Assembly (NCBI GenBank): GCA_036743695.1
Contig: DAINPC010000002.1
Location: 1 to 34,928 of the forward strand
Reading direction: 5' to 3'
Source of the DNA: Solirubrobacteraceae bacterium
Lineage (GTDB): Bacteria; Actinomycetota; Thermoleophilia; Solirubrobacterales; Solirubrobacteraceae
DNA: 34,928 nt
Shown here in pieces: positions 1 to 9,254 of this stretch (position 1 is its first letter; every line of letters starts with the position of its first letter). Under the pieces are notes generated by a model that was not told the DNA's origin, made no database searches, and worked only from the letters and a program-made list of their open reading frames with translations. The position numbers and the translations under genes were made by a program.

Positions 1-176
1 AGAGAGGCTTCGGTGAGGGTGCCCGTGAATCCGACGGTTCCCACCGTGCTGCCGATCGCCGCTTTCCCGTAAAAGACGGGCTGTTCGTAGGTGACGGCCG
101 AGGCGACCGAGGCGGCCACCACGCTCATCGCGAGCACCGCTACGAGGCACAGCCCCATGATCTTCATGCGTTTCAT
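1..176 (-). CDS. Secreted hypothetical protein, 5' part only (runs off the left edge)
   Basis: Manual translation MKRMKIMGLCLVAVLAMSVVAASVASAVTYEQPVFYGK...; classic Sec signal peptide ending in ASA; AAGGAG SD upstream of the ATG at 176. Not in the ORF track. Confidence 0.8.
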   Translation of the reverse strand, partial: MKRMKIMGLCLVAVLAMSVVAASVASAVTYEQPVFYGKAAIGSTVGTVGFTGTLTEAS

Positions 177-179
177 ATC

Positions 180-215
180 TATCCACTACTCCTTTTCTAT
201 CCACTACTCCTTTTC
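180..215. repeat. Perfect 18-bp tandem duplication containing the ribosome-binding site of the 1..176 gene
   Basis: TATCCACTACTCCTTTTC at 180-197 and 198-215; the minus strand reads GAAAAGGAGTAGTGGATA twice. Confidence 0.95.
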
Positions 216-594
216 CGGCTACGGTTAGATCGACCGACCCCGAAGTCCCCCTCCTTAGGCCAGAGATGCCTCGAAGCCCGTCGTAAGCTTCGGCCCTCGA
301 AGCACTTGGCCCGTCGAGACACGGGGCCCGTCGAACTCCGCGAGCATCGCAAGCCACCGCGGTCGCCGCATCGGGGGGAGACCACCGATCTGCCCGGGGA
401 ACTACGGGCTACGGCGACCCCACTGGGGCGGGGACGGCCTCGAGCGCAGCCTGGCCGACGCGCGCGTGCTGTCGCTCCAGCCCCCAGGCTCCCGCCGCCC
501 CAGGCGGCGCCGGGTTGAGTTTGAGAAACACCCGATCCGGGTATCGGGCTGGGGCGGGCATGCTGAACACACACACGGAATCGGGGGGATCGGG

Positions 595-2382
595 ATGAGG
601 ATGCGCGGATTCGCTTTCAGGACGGGGGCCGGCGCGCTGTCGCTGCTGGCGATGCTCGCCGCACCGTCGCTGGCCGCGGCCGAGCCCGCGCCCTTCGGGC
701 ACACGTGCACAGCTGAGAGCGGAGTGCGCTTCTGCCCCGCCGCCTCGCTCGCTCAGCGCGTCCCCAGCTTCGACGGCGTGCCGCTGGATGTGGACGTGAC
801 GCTCCCGCCCACCGGCGCGGGGCCCTATCCGACGATCGTGATGCTCCACGGCTGGGGCGGCTCCAAGGCCTCCTTCGAGGCCACCTCCGCGGCCGGCGAC
901 GGCAACGAGACGTTCGACTACAACAACATCTACTACGCCCAGCACGGCTACGCCGTCGTCAACTACTCCGCCCGCGGCTGGGGCCGCTCGTGCGGCAGCG
1001 AGGAATCGCGCAGCGAAACGCCCGGCTGCGAAGCAGGCTGGCTGCACCTGGCCGACCAGCGCTACGAGGCGCGCGACAGCCAGTACCTGCTCGGGCTGCT
1101 GGCCGACGAGAAGATCACCAAGCCGCACGCGATCGGCGTCACCGGCATCTCCTATGGCGGCGGGCAGAGCATCGAGCTCGCCTACCTGAAGAACCGCATC
1201 CGGCTGCCCAACGGCGAATTCGCGCCGTGGCGGAGCCCCAGAGGGAAGACCATGGCAGTCGCAGCCGCCTTCCCACGCTGGCCGTGGTCCGACCTGGTCA
1301 ACGCGCTCGAGCCCAACGGGCGCCTCATGGACTCCGAGATCGCACCCTTCGCCCAGAGCTACGAACCGATCGGCGTCGCGATCCAGAGCTACATCACCGG
1401 GCTCTACGCCGACGGCCTCGCTTCCAACGGCTACTACGCCCCGCTCGGCAAGGACCCCGAAGCGGACCTGACGAAATGGTTCGCGGTGACCAACGCGGGC
1501 GAGCCCTACGGAGAAGAAGCGCTGGCGGTGGCCAGACAGCTCTACACCTACCACCAGGGCTACGGCATCCCGCTGTCCGGCAAGCCAGCGCCGCTGCTCT
1601 TGGAGAGCGGCTGGACCGACGACCTGTTCCCGGCGGAACAGTCGCTGCGCGTCTACAACCAGGTGCGCGCGCTGAAAGGCTACGCGGCCCTGATGGTGGG
1701 CGATCTCGGGCACAGCATGGGCTCCAACAAGGAAAACACCGACCACGCCTTCAACGAAGCGGCCGCGGCCTTCTTCGCGGCGAAACTCGAGCAGCTCGGC
1801 AAAGCGCCGGCGGCGGGCAGCGCGACCGCCTACACGCAGACCTGCCCGCAGAGCGCGCCGGGCGGCGGCCCGTACACAGCCACGAAGTGGTCGAAGCTGC
1901 ACCCGGCCACCGTCACCTTCGGCTCCTCCGAAGCGCAAACGCTCACCTCGGCCGGCGGCAACCCAGCGATCGCCGCCGAATACGACCCGATCGCCAGCTC
2001 CGACGCCTGCAAGACTGTGACGGCCGAAACGGAGCCGGACACAGCTACCTACACGACGACCAGCCACGGCTTCACCATGCTCGGGATGCCCACGGTGACC
2101 GCCACCGTCAAGACGCTCGGGCCGTTCGGCGAGCTCGCCTCACGGCTGTGGGACGTGCTGCCCAATGGCCAACAGAGGCTGATCAGCCGCGGCGTCTACC
2201 GCCTGGGCGAAAACCAGCAGGGCGCCATCACCTTCCAGCTGCACGGCAACGGCTATCAGTTCGCCGCCGGCGACACCATCAAGCTCGAGCTGCTCGGACG
2301 CGACGCGCCCTACTACCGGGCCAGCAACGGCGCGTTCAGCATCGCGGTCAGCAACCTCACCGTCTCGCTGCCGAGCACCTGA
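595..2382 (+). CDS. Secreted CocE/NonD (peptidase S15-like) alpha/beta hydrolase
   Basis: Signal peptide from ATG 595; MLHGWGG, YSARGWG and nucleophile motif GISYGG; C-terminal beta-rich non-catalytic domain (RLWDV...LHGNGYQFAAGDTIKLEL). Confidence 0.85.
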   Translation: MRMRGFAFRTGAGALSLLAMLAAPSLAAAEPAPFGHTCTAESGVRFCPAASLAQRVPSFDGVPLDVDVTLPPTGAGPYPTIVMLHGWGGSKASFEATSAAGDGNETFDYNNIYYAQHGYAVVNYSARGWGRSCGSEESRSETPGCEAGWLHLADQRYEARDSQYLLGLLADEKITKPHAIGVTGISYGGGQSIELAYLKNRIRLPNGEFAPWRSPRGKTMAVAAAFPRWPWSDLVNALEPNGRLMDSEIAPFAQSYEPIGVAIQSYITGLYADGLASNGYYAPLGKDPEADLTKWFAVTNAGEPYGEEALAVARQLYTYHQGYGIPLSGKPAPLLLESGWTDDLFPAEQSLRVYNQVRALKGYAALMVGDLGHSMGSNKENTDHAFNEAAAAFFAAKLEQLGKAPAAGSATAYTQTCPQSAPGGGPYTATKWSKLHPATVTFGSSEAQTLTSAGGNPAIAAEYDPIASSDACKTVTAETEPDTATYTTTSHGFTMLGMPTVTATVKTLGPFGELASRLWDVLPNGQQRLISRGVYRLGENQQGAITFQLHGNGYQFAAGDTIKLELLGRDAPYYRASNGAFSIAVSNLTVSLPST

Positions 2383-2402
2383 GTCGCCGCCGCGGAGCCC
2401 GG

Positions 2403-2423
2403 CCGGGCGGGCGCGCCGCCCGG
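2403..2423. terminator. GC-rich hairpin between convergent genes
   Basis: CCGGGCGG / CCGCCCGG 8-bp inverted repeat, 5-nt loop, no U-tract. Confidence 0.4.
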
Positions 2424-2434
2424 AGCGCCCCGCC

Positions 2435-3445
2435 TCAGTCGCCCGCTAGCGCCAGCACGAGCTTGCCCGTGTTCTCGCCGCTGAACAGGCGCAGCAGCGT
2501 GTCGGGGAAGCTCTCCAGGCCCGTGGCCATGTCCTCGCGCGAGATCAGCTTGCCCGCGGCCAGCCAGCCCGCCATCTCCTGCGCGCCCTGCGCGTAGCGC
2601 TCGCCGTAGTCGGAGACCACGAAGCCGGTCATGCTCGCGTGGTTGACCAGCAGCGAGAGGTAGTTGGACGGGCCGCGCACGGCGTCCGTGGCGTTGTACT
2701 GGGAGATCGCCCCGCAGATGATCACGCGGGCGCCGCGCGCCAGGTGGGCGAGCGCCGCGTCGAGGATCTCGCCGCCGACGTTGTCGAAGTAGACGTCAAT
2801 GCCCTTGGGACAGTGCTCGCCCAGCGCCGCGCCCACGTCCTGCGCCTTGTAGTCGATCGCCGCGTCGAAGCCCAACTGCTCGACCACGTGGGCGCACTTC
2901 TCCGCGCCGCCCGCAATGCCCACAACGCGGCAGCCCTTCAGCTTGGCGATCTGGCCCACCACCCCGCCGACGGCGCCCGCCGCACCCGAGACCACCACCG
3001 TCTCGCCCGCCTCCGGGCGACCGATGTCGAGCAGGCCGAAGTACGCCGTCATGCCCGGCATGCCAAGCGTGCTCAGATACACCGGCAGCGGCGCCAGGGC
3101 GGTGTCCACCTTGATCAGCGCGTTGCCGTGCGCCACCGCGTACTCCTGCACGCCCAGCAGCCCCGTCACGTGGTCGCCCACCGCCAGGCCGGGGTGGTTG
3201 GAGGCGATCACCTCGCCCGCGCCCAGCGCCCGCATCACCTCGCCGATGCCCACCGGCGGGATGTAGGAGCGGGCGTCGTTCATCCATCCGCGCATGGCCG
3301 GGTCGAGCGACACGTACCGGACCTTGACCAGCGCCTCGCCGTCGCCCGGCTCGGGGACCGGCTGCTCGACGTAGCTCCAGTCGCTGGGCTTGGGCAGCCC
3401 GACCGGGCGCGCGGCGAGCTGGAACTGGTGGTTTACGGCATCCAT
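2435..3445 (-). CDS. NADP-dependent oxidoreductase, MDR superfamily (prostaglandin reductase/CurA-like)
   Basis: LAARPVGLP, SLDPAMRGWM, LGMPGMTAYFGL, SGAAGAVG, YFDNVGG, CGAISQYN, GENTGKLVL. Start is ATG 3445, or ATG 3460 which has an AGGAGA SD. Confidence 0.93.
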   Translation of the reverse strand: MDAVNHQFQLAARPVGLPKPSDWSYVEQPVPEPGDGEALVKVRYVSLDPAMRGWMNDARSYIPPVGIGEVMRALGAGEVIASNHPGLAVGDHVTGLLGVQEYAVAHGNALIKVDTALAPLPVYLSTLGMPGMTAYFGLLDIGRPEAGETVVVSGAAGAVGGVVGQIAKLKGCRVVGIAGGAEKCAHVVEQLGFDAAIDYKAQDVGAALGEHCPKGIDVYFDNVGGEILDAALAHLARGARVIICGAISQYNATDAVRGPSNYLSLLVNHASMTGFVVSDYGERYAQGAQEMAGWLAAGKLISREDMATGLESFPDTLLRLFSGENTGKLVLALAGD

Positions 3446-3654
3446 GAAGTTGCCTTTCATATCTCCTGCGGACACGTGGGCGGCAGCTGCCGCGGACACC
3501 ATATCTCGGGTCCGCCCTCTGAAAACGGGCGCCGAGGCCCCGCCAGGCGACGCAGCGGGCCAACTCGCGCACGCGGCGCCCGGCCGTGAGAACATTGCGC
3601 GCGCCGCCGCACCTGCGCCCGCGGGGCCCAACCACGGACACAAGGAGCCACAAC

Positions 3655-4335
3655 ATGCCCGACATCGAGTTCCCGACCGGCGCCGGCGTAGCCCCCGGCT
3701 ACCTCGCAGTTCCCGCCGCACAGCGCGGACCCGCGACGATCGTGATGCAGGAGTGGTGGGGCCTGGACGAGCACATCCGCTCAGTCTGCGACCGGCTCGC
3801 CACCGAGGGCTTCTTCGCGCTCGCCCCCGACCTCTTCCGCGGCGAGACCACCACCCAGCCGAGCGAGGCCGAACAGAAGATGATGGCGCTGTCCATGGAC
3901 CAGGCCGAGCAGGACATGTGCGGCGCCGCCGCCTACCTCAGCTCGCAGGCCGGCGTCGAGGGCTCCGGTGTCGGCAGTGTCGGCTTCTGCCTCGGCGGGG
4001 GGCTGTCCGTGTGGGCCGCCGCCACCTGCCCGCAGATCACAGCCGCGGTCACCTACTACTACGTGATGCCCCACGGCAAGCCCGACTTCACCAACATCAG
4101 CGGCCCCATCCTCGGGCACTTCGGCACAGCCGACGCGTTCATCCCCCCCGACGACGCCCGCAAGCTCGAGGCCGAGCTGCGCGACGCCGGAGCGGAGGTG
4201 ACGTTCCACTTCTACGAGGGCGCCGGACACGCGTTCTTCAACGACACCAACCGCCTGGGCACCTACGACAAGGACGCCGCCGAGACCTCCTGGCAGCGGA
4301 CCGTCAGCTTCCTGCGCTCGGCGCTCGCCGCCTGA
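3655..4335 (+). CDS. Dienelactone hydrolase family protein
   Basis: QEWWGL, APDLFRG, nucleophile motif GFCLGG, AGHAFFND; AAGGAG SD before ATG 3655. Confidence 0.93.
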   Translation: MPDIEFPTGAGVAPGYLAVPAAQRGPATIVMQEWWGLDEHIRSVCDRLATEGFFALAPDLFRGETTTQPSEAEQKMMALSMDQAEQDMCGAAAYLSSQAGVEGSGVGSVGFCLGGGLSVWAAATCPQITAAVTYYYVMPHGKPDFTNISGPILGHFGTADAFIPPDDARKLEAELRDAGAEVTFHFYEGAGHAFFNDTNRLGTYDKDAAETSWQRTVSFLRSALAA

Positions 4336-4339
4336 GCCG

Positions 4340-4489
4340 CCCAGCGCCGAGCAGCTCGCCGCCCCCGCCGCCGGCGGCAGCGATGCCACCGTCGCCCTGG
4401 ACCCCGCCAGCGACAGCGCGCTCGCCATCTGGCGGGGCGCGGACGGCATCGTCGAGTACTCGATCCGCAGCGCCCCGTCCGGTCCCTGA
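4340..4489 (+). pseudogene. Orphan 3' gene fragment (beta-propeller-like C-terminus)
   Basis: Frame with typical GC3 bias reads EQLAAPAAGGSDATVALDPASDSALAIWRGADGIVEYSIRSAPSGP*; no start codon after the upstream in-frame stop at 4199. Confidence 0.5.
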
Positions 4490-4551
4490 ACGCGCTCCCG
4501 GAGGCAGGCGCACCGCGCGGAGGAGCGCGTTTAGGAAAAGATGCTCCACGC

Positions 4552-5280
4552 ATGGACAGGGACTACGAGCTTCAGACCCACCGGGCGGAGGATCGCCACT
4601 GGTGGTACCGGGGGCGGCGCACGGTGCTGGAGGGAGTGCTCGACGGGCTGGATCTGCCCGCGGGCACACGCATCCTGGACGCCGGGTGCGGCAGCGGGCG
4701 CAACATGATCGAGCTGGCCCGCTACGGCACCGTCACCGGCGTGGAGCTGTCCGAGACCAGCGTTGCGCTGGCCCGCGAGCGCCAGTGCGGCGAGGTCGTG
4801 GCCGGCTCGGTGCTGGAGATGCCCTTCCCCGACCACAGCTTCGAGCTGGCCGTCAGCCTGGACGTGATCGAGCACCTCGAGGACGACCTGACCGCGCTGC
4901 GCGAGATGCGCCGCACCGTCGCCCCCGGCGGCGCGCTGCTCGTGACCGTGCCTGCCTACCAGTGGCTGTGGAGCGGGCACGACGAGATCAACCACCACCA
5001 CCGCCGCTACACGCGCCGCTCGCTCCAGCACGTCGCCGAGCAGGCCGGCTGGCGGCAGGCTCGCACCACCTACTTCAACTCGCTGCTGCTGCCCGTGGCA
5101 ATCCTGCTGCGGGTGCTCGACCGCGTGAACACGAAGACCACCGAGTCCAGCCTCGACCTGTGGGTGCCTCCGGAACCGCTCAACTGGGTGCTGGAGCGCC
5201 CGCTGGCGCTGGAGGCCGCGATGATCAAGCGCGGCGGGCGAATTCCGGCCGGGCTCTCGCTGCTGGCCCTCTTCCGCTAG
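4552..5280 (+). CDS. Class I SAM-dependent methyltransferase
   Basis: HWWYRGRR, ILDAGCGSG (motif I), LDVIEHL, VTVPAY, HDEINHHHRRY. Confidence 0.92.
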   Translation: MDRDYELQTHRAEDRHWWYRGRRTVLEGVLDGLDLPAGTRILDAGCGSGRNMIELARYGTVTGVELSETSVALARERQCGEVVAGSVLEMPFPDHSFELAVSLDVIEHLEDDLTALREMRRTVAPGGALLVTVPAYQWLWSGHDEINHHHRRYTRRSLQHVAEQAGWRQARTTYFNSLLLPVAILLRVLDRVNTKTTESSLDLWVPPEPLNWVLERPLALEAAMIKRGGRIPAGLSLLALFR

Positions 5281-5759
5281 CCGACGTCGCCGTCCGCCAC
5301 CGCCGCGGGCGCGTGCGCGCGGAACGTCCATGCGCGGTTTGCAGAGAACGTGCTCACCGTCACCACCACCGTCGCACACGCCTGCGCCAGCAGCTTGTCC
5401 AGGCGGGCATCGTGCACGAACAGGTAGAGCAGGCCCTCGTTGATCGCCAGGCCGCATCCCTGGACGATCGCCCAGCGCACCGGCGTGAGCGCGTCGCCGA
5501 CGTGCTCACGGAAGGTCCAGCGCCGGTTGAACAGGAAGCCGTTGGTGGCGCCCACCGCGAAGCCCACCGCCGAGGCGGCCAGGTACCACACGCCGAACAC
5601 CTTCAGCAGCAGCGTGTAGACGGCAAGTGTCAGCAGCGTGTTGGACACGCCAACGATCCCGAACTTCACGAACTGGACCAGCACCGGCGTCCTCAGCCCG
5701 CCCGGCGGTGGCGCTAGGCTTGGTGGTCGCTGCTGAGGTTGATCGTGCTCAGAAGGCAT
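5277..5759 (-). CDS. GtrA family membrane protein (putative polyprenyl-P-sugar flippase)
   Basis: QFVKFGIVGVSNT, NRRWTF, four hydrophobic segments, C-terminal NRAWTF. Confidence 0.9.
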   Translation of the reverse strand: MPSEHDQPQQRPPSLAPPPGGLRTPVLVQFVKFGIVGVSNTLLTLAVYTLLLKVFGVWYLAASAVGFAVGATNGFLFNRRWTFREHVGDALTPVRWAIVQGCGLAINEGLLYLFVHDARLDKLLAQACATVVVTVSTFSANRAWTFRAHAPAAVADGDVG

Positions 5760-5862
5760 TCACGGACAGGATGAACGATAAATTGAGACGCGGCTTAGGG
5801 CTTCGCTCGAAGATTCTCAGCAAGCGGCAGTTTCCCCAGTGCCCGTAGGCAACGCAACGATC

Positions 5863-6888
5863 ATGTCCGACACACAACTTCGCACCCCCACCCTGCTCAG
5901 CGTGGTGGCGCCGATCTACGACGAGGAGGAGCTCGTCGAGGAGTTCGTCGCCCGCGCCACCGCCGCTGTCGCGGACTTCGAGTTCGAGCTGGTGCTCGTC
6001 AACGACGGCAGCTCAGACCGCACGCCCGAGCTGCTCGACCGCATCGCCGCGTCGGACCCGCGGGTGCGCGTGATCCACCTGTCGCGCAACTTCGGCCACC
6101 AGGCGGCGCTGACCGCCGGCCTGGAGCATGCCGCAGGCGACATCGTGGCCATGATCGACGCCGACCTGCAGGACCCGCCCGAGCTGATCCCCGACATGAT
6201 CGCCCAGTGGAGCCAGGGCGCGGACGTGGTCTACGCCGTGCGCCAGCAGCGCGAGGGCGAGACCGCCTTCAAGCTGGCCACCGCCTCCTGGTTCTACAAG
6301 CTGTTCGACAAGCTCGCGCAGGTCAACCTGGAGCCCAACTCCGGCGACTTCCGCCTGCTCGACCGCCGCGCGCTGGACGCGCTGCTGGCCATGACCGAGC
6401 GCTCGCGCTTCCTGCGCGGCATGACCGTCTGGGTGGGCTTCAACCAGACGGCCGTCTCCTATCAGCGAGACGCCCGCCACGCCGGCGAGACCAAGTACAC
6501 GCTGCGCAAGATGCTCCGCTTCTCCCTCGACGCCATCACCTCCTTCTCCCACCTGCCGCTGCAGCTGGCCACCTATGCCGGGATCTTCTCCGCGAGCGTG
6601 GCCTTCATCTCCATCCCCGTCGTGATCGTGCTGCGGATCTTCGACTCCTACCTGCCCGGCTTCGGCTCCATCACCATCGCCATCCTGCTGCTCGGCGGCA
6701 TCCAGCTGATGGCGCTGGGGGTGATCGGCGAGTACGTGGGGCGTATCTACGACGAGGTCAAGCACCGCCCGCTCTACATCGTGCGCGACGAGCGCAACCG
6801 CCCGTCCGCCCCCCAAGGGCGGATCGCAGCTCCCGGGCCCGCCGCACGGGCGGGACTGCCCGCGCGCGCGCCCGAGCGAATGCTGTAG
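5863..6888 (+). CDS. Glycosyltransferase family 2, GtrB/DPM1-like polyprenol-phosphate glycosyltransferase
   Basis: VNDGSSD, LSRNFGHQAAL, DADLQDPP, GDFRLLDR, two C-terminal TM helices, GEYVGRIYDEVKHRPLY. Confidence 0.93.
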   Translation: MSDTQLRTPTLLSVVAPIYDEEELVEEFVARATAAVADFEFELVLVNDGSSDRTPELLDRIAASDPRVRVIHLSRNFGHQAALTAGLEHAAGDIVAMIDADLQDPPELIPDMIAQWSQGADVVYAVRQQREGETAFKLATASWFYKLFDKLAQVNLEPNSGDFRLLDRRALDALLAMTERSRFLRGMTVWVGFNQTAVSYQRDARHAGETKYTLRKMLRFSLDAITSFSHLPLQLATYAGIFSASVAFISIPVVIVLRIFDSYLPGFGSITIAILLLGGIQLMALGVIGEYVGRIYDEVKHRPLYIVRDERNRPSAPQGRIAAPGPAARAGLPARAPERML

Positions 6889-6890
6889 GC

Positions 6891-9140
6891 GTGGCGCAGG
6901 CGCGCGCTCTCACACTGCTGCTCGCGCTCGCGCTCGCATGGGCCGGCGCCAACGCAGCCGGCGCGCGCGCCGAAGCCTGCCCGGGCTCGGGCACGCGCCC
7001 CTGCCCGTATGTCGCCGCGCAGACCATCGGGCACCGCGCCGAGTCCGTCCTGCGCTTTCCAGAGGCCGTGGCCGTGGACAACCAGGGCAACCTCTACGTC
7101 GCGGACCAGCTGAGCTACGTGGTGCAGAAGCTCAGCGCCGCCGGGACGTTCGAGGGGGAGTGGGGGTCCTACGGCGGCGGCCACGGCCAGTTCGGGCCGA
7201 TCGGCGGGATCGCAACCGACGCCGCCGGCGACGTCTACGTGGTGGACTCAAGCCACAACCGGATCCAGAAGTTCGATCCCAACGGCACCTTCCTCACATC
7301 CTGGGGCCATCGCGGCAGCGAACCCGGGCAGTTCTCCTTCGGCTCATCCCAGGACTACACGCAACCGCCCGGCGGCGGGATCGCCGTGGCTGGCAACTAC
7401 GTGTACGTCGCCGACAGCGGCAACGACCGCATCGAGCGCTTCGACCTCACCGGCGGCGAAGCCATGGCGTGGGGCACCCTCGGCAGCGGCCCCGGCCAGT
7501 TCTCCTACCCCCGCGGGGTGACCGCCAACGAAAGCGAGGTGATCGTCAGCGACGACGACAACCACCGCATCGAGCGCTTCGACCCCAACGGCGCCTACCA
7601 GGGCGAAGTCGGCTCCAACGGCACAGGGCCGGGGCAGTTCGGCTTCCCCTACGGCGTGGCCCTGGACGGCGCCGGCAACGTGTACGTGGCCGACGACATC
7701 AACCACCGTGTCGTCAAGCTCACCCCGCAGCTGGCCTTCGCCGGCGAATGGGGCGGCTTCGGCACCGCACAGGGCCAGTTGGCCTTTCCGCGCGCGCTCG
7801 CCAGCGACCCCGCCGGCGACACCTACGTGGCGGACACCGCCAACGACCGCATCCAGGTGTTCGACTCGGGCGGCGGCTACCTGCGCACCATCGGCACCTC
7901 CGCCCGCAGCCCCGGCCAGCTGACCGCCCCGCGCGGCCTAGCCATCGATCCCACCGGCAGGCTGTTCGTGTCCGACACCGTCGGCAATCGCATCGAGGCG
8001 TTCGCCGCCGGCAGCCTGACCTACGCCGGACAGTGGACCGCCGCCGGGGGGCACGCCGCCGGCTTCAACGTCCCCGCCGGCATCGCCGTGGACCCGCGCG
8101 GCTCCGTGTACGTGGCCGATCGCGGCAACGAACGCGTGGTGCACCTGTGGGGAGACGGCACGTTCCTCGGCGAGCTCGGCGGTCCGGGCGAGCTCGGCGG
8201 AGCGCAGCTCAGCGGCGCCGGGTCAGTGGCCGTGGCGGACGGACCCGACGAGACCTACGTGGCGGACACCGCGCACAACCGCGTGCTCGTCTACAGCCCC
8301 GCAGGCTCGCTGCTGGCCAAGTGGGGAGCCGAAAGCGGAAGCGGCGCCGCCGGGCGCGGCAGCGGCGAATTCGACCACCCCGCCGCCGTCGCCCTGGACA
8401 GCGCCGGCGAGGCTTACGTCGCCGACACCGCCAACAACCGCATCGTCAAGCTCTCCACCAGCGGCAGCGTGCTGACCGAGTGGGGCTCCGCGGGCACCGG
8501 CGACGGGCACTTCCACGCGCCCAACGGGATCGCCGTGGATGCCGCCGGGACCGTGTATGTGCTCGACGGCGAAAACAACCGCGTCCAGGTCTTTGACTCG
8601 AACGGGGGCTTCCTCGCCAAGTGGGGCCTGCGCGGCAGCGAACCCGGCGAGCTCTCCCAGCCCAGCGCCATCGCCGTGGACTGCTCCGGCCAGGTGTATG
8701 TGGCCGACACCAACAACAACCGCGTCCAGCGCTTCGCGCTCGCCTCCCCCAGCCCCGCCGGCTGCCTCGCCCCCGGCGCCTGGCCGCCGCCGCTCGACGT
8801 CGCCCCCGTGCTGCACGTCGCCCTGCCCCGCACAGTCGGGATCCGCGCGCGGCGCGCGCTCGCCCTGACCGTCAGCTGCCAGCGCGGCTGTCGCGTCCGC
8901 GTCACCGCGACGCTCACCCCGTTCGGCCGCCGCTCCACCGTGCCGCTGATCGCCGCCGCGCGCGGGCTCCCCGCCGCCCTCAGCGGCCACGTGCGCCTGC
9001 GCGTCGGACCGTTCGGCCTGCGCCGGCTGCGCCGCCAGCTCGGCCGCCACACCACCATGACCGCGCGCGTCACCATCCTCGCCGCCGGCCCCACCGGGCG
9101 GCGAGCCAAGCTCACCAGGATCTACGCAGTGCGCCGCTGA
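6891..9140 (+). CDS. Secreted NHL-repeat protein (12 repeats) with basic C-terminal beta-sandwich-like domain
   Basis: GTG 6891 lies 2 nt after the GT2 stop and starts a signal peptide; 12 repeats of the form P-x-GIAVD-x-x-G-x-VYVADT-x-N-x-R(I/V); C-terminal Arg-rich strand domain with CQRGC. Confidence 0.9.
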   Translation: MAQARALTLLLALALAWAGANAAGARAEACPGSGTRPCPYVAAQTIGHRAESVLRFPEAVAVDNQGNLYVADQLSYVVQKLSAAGTFEGEWGSYGGGHGQFGPIGGIATDAAGDVYVVDSSHNRIQKFDPNGTFLTSWGHRGSEPGQFSFGSSQDYTQPPGGGIAVAGNYVYVADSGNDRIERFDLTGGEAMAWGTLGSGPGQFSYPRGVTANESEVIVSDDDNHRIERFDPNGAYQGEVGSNGTGPGQFGFPYGVALDGAGNVYVADDINHRVVKLTPQLAFAGEWGGFGTAQGQLAFPRALASDPAGDTYVADTANDRIQVFDSGGGYLRTIGTSARSPGQLTAPRGLAIDPTGRLFVSDTVGNRIEAFAAGSLTYAGQWTAAGGHAAGFNVPAGIAVDPRGSVYVADRGNERVVHLWGDGTFLGELGGPGELGGAQLSGAGSVAVADGPDETYVADTAHNRVLVYSPAGSLLAKWGAESGSGAAGRGSGEFDHPAAVALDSAGEAYVADTANNRIVKLSTSGSVLTEWGSAGTGDGHFHAPNGIAVDAAGTVYVLDGENNRVQVFDSNGGFLAKWGLRGSEPGELSQPSAIAVDCSGQVYVADTNNNRVQRFALASPSPAGCLAPGAWPPPLDVAPVLHVALPRTVGIRARRALALTVSCQRGCRVRVTATLTPFGRRSTVPLIAAARGLPAALSGHVRLRVGPFGLRRLRRQLGRHTTMTARVTILAAGPTGRRAKLTRIYAVRR

Positions 9141-9165
9141 GCGGGGCCGCCGGCGGGCTCAGCGG
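9134..9165 (+). terminator. Hairpin at the NHL gene stop
   Basis: CCGCTGAGC (9134-9142) / GCTCAGCGG (9157-9165) inverted repeat. Confidence 0.4.
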
Positions 9166-9254
9166 GCGCTCGCCGGTGGGCGTGGGCGCCGCTGCCGGGA
9201 CCGCGCCCGACGGTCCGTGCGACCCGTCGGGCGGCCAGGCCCGATAATGAGCGC

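Noticed and set aside
216..460. Known riboswitch (c-di-GMP, c-di-AMP/ydaO) upstream of the secreted protein
   Set aside because: I could not find the consensus motifs on either strand; kept only as an unassigned structured region.
409..2067. 552-aa minus-strand ORF, and the 990..2597 plus-frame ORF
   Set aside because: Shadow frames of the CocE/NonD gene; Arg/Gly-rich with no motifs, as expected in high-GC DNA.
3390..5717. 775-aa ORF spanning several genes
   Set aside because: Off-frame over three genes with clear family motifs; low-complexity R/P/A composition.
6207..6890. N-terminal extension of the NHL ORF to 977 aa
   Set aside because: Overlaps the GT2 in another frame; the signal peptide begins at GTG 6891.
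6891..8740. Repetitive DNA as a CRISPR array
   Set aside because: The repeats are degenerate protein-coding NHL units; there are no identical repeats with unique spacers and no cas genes in the window.
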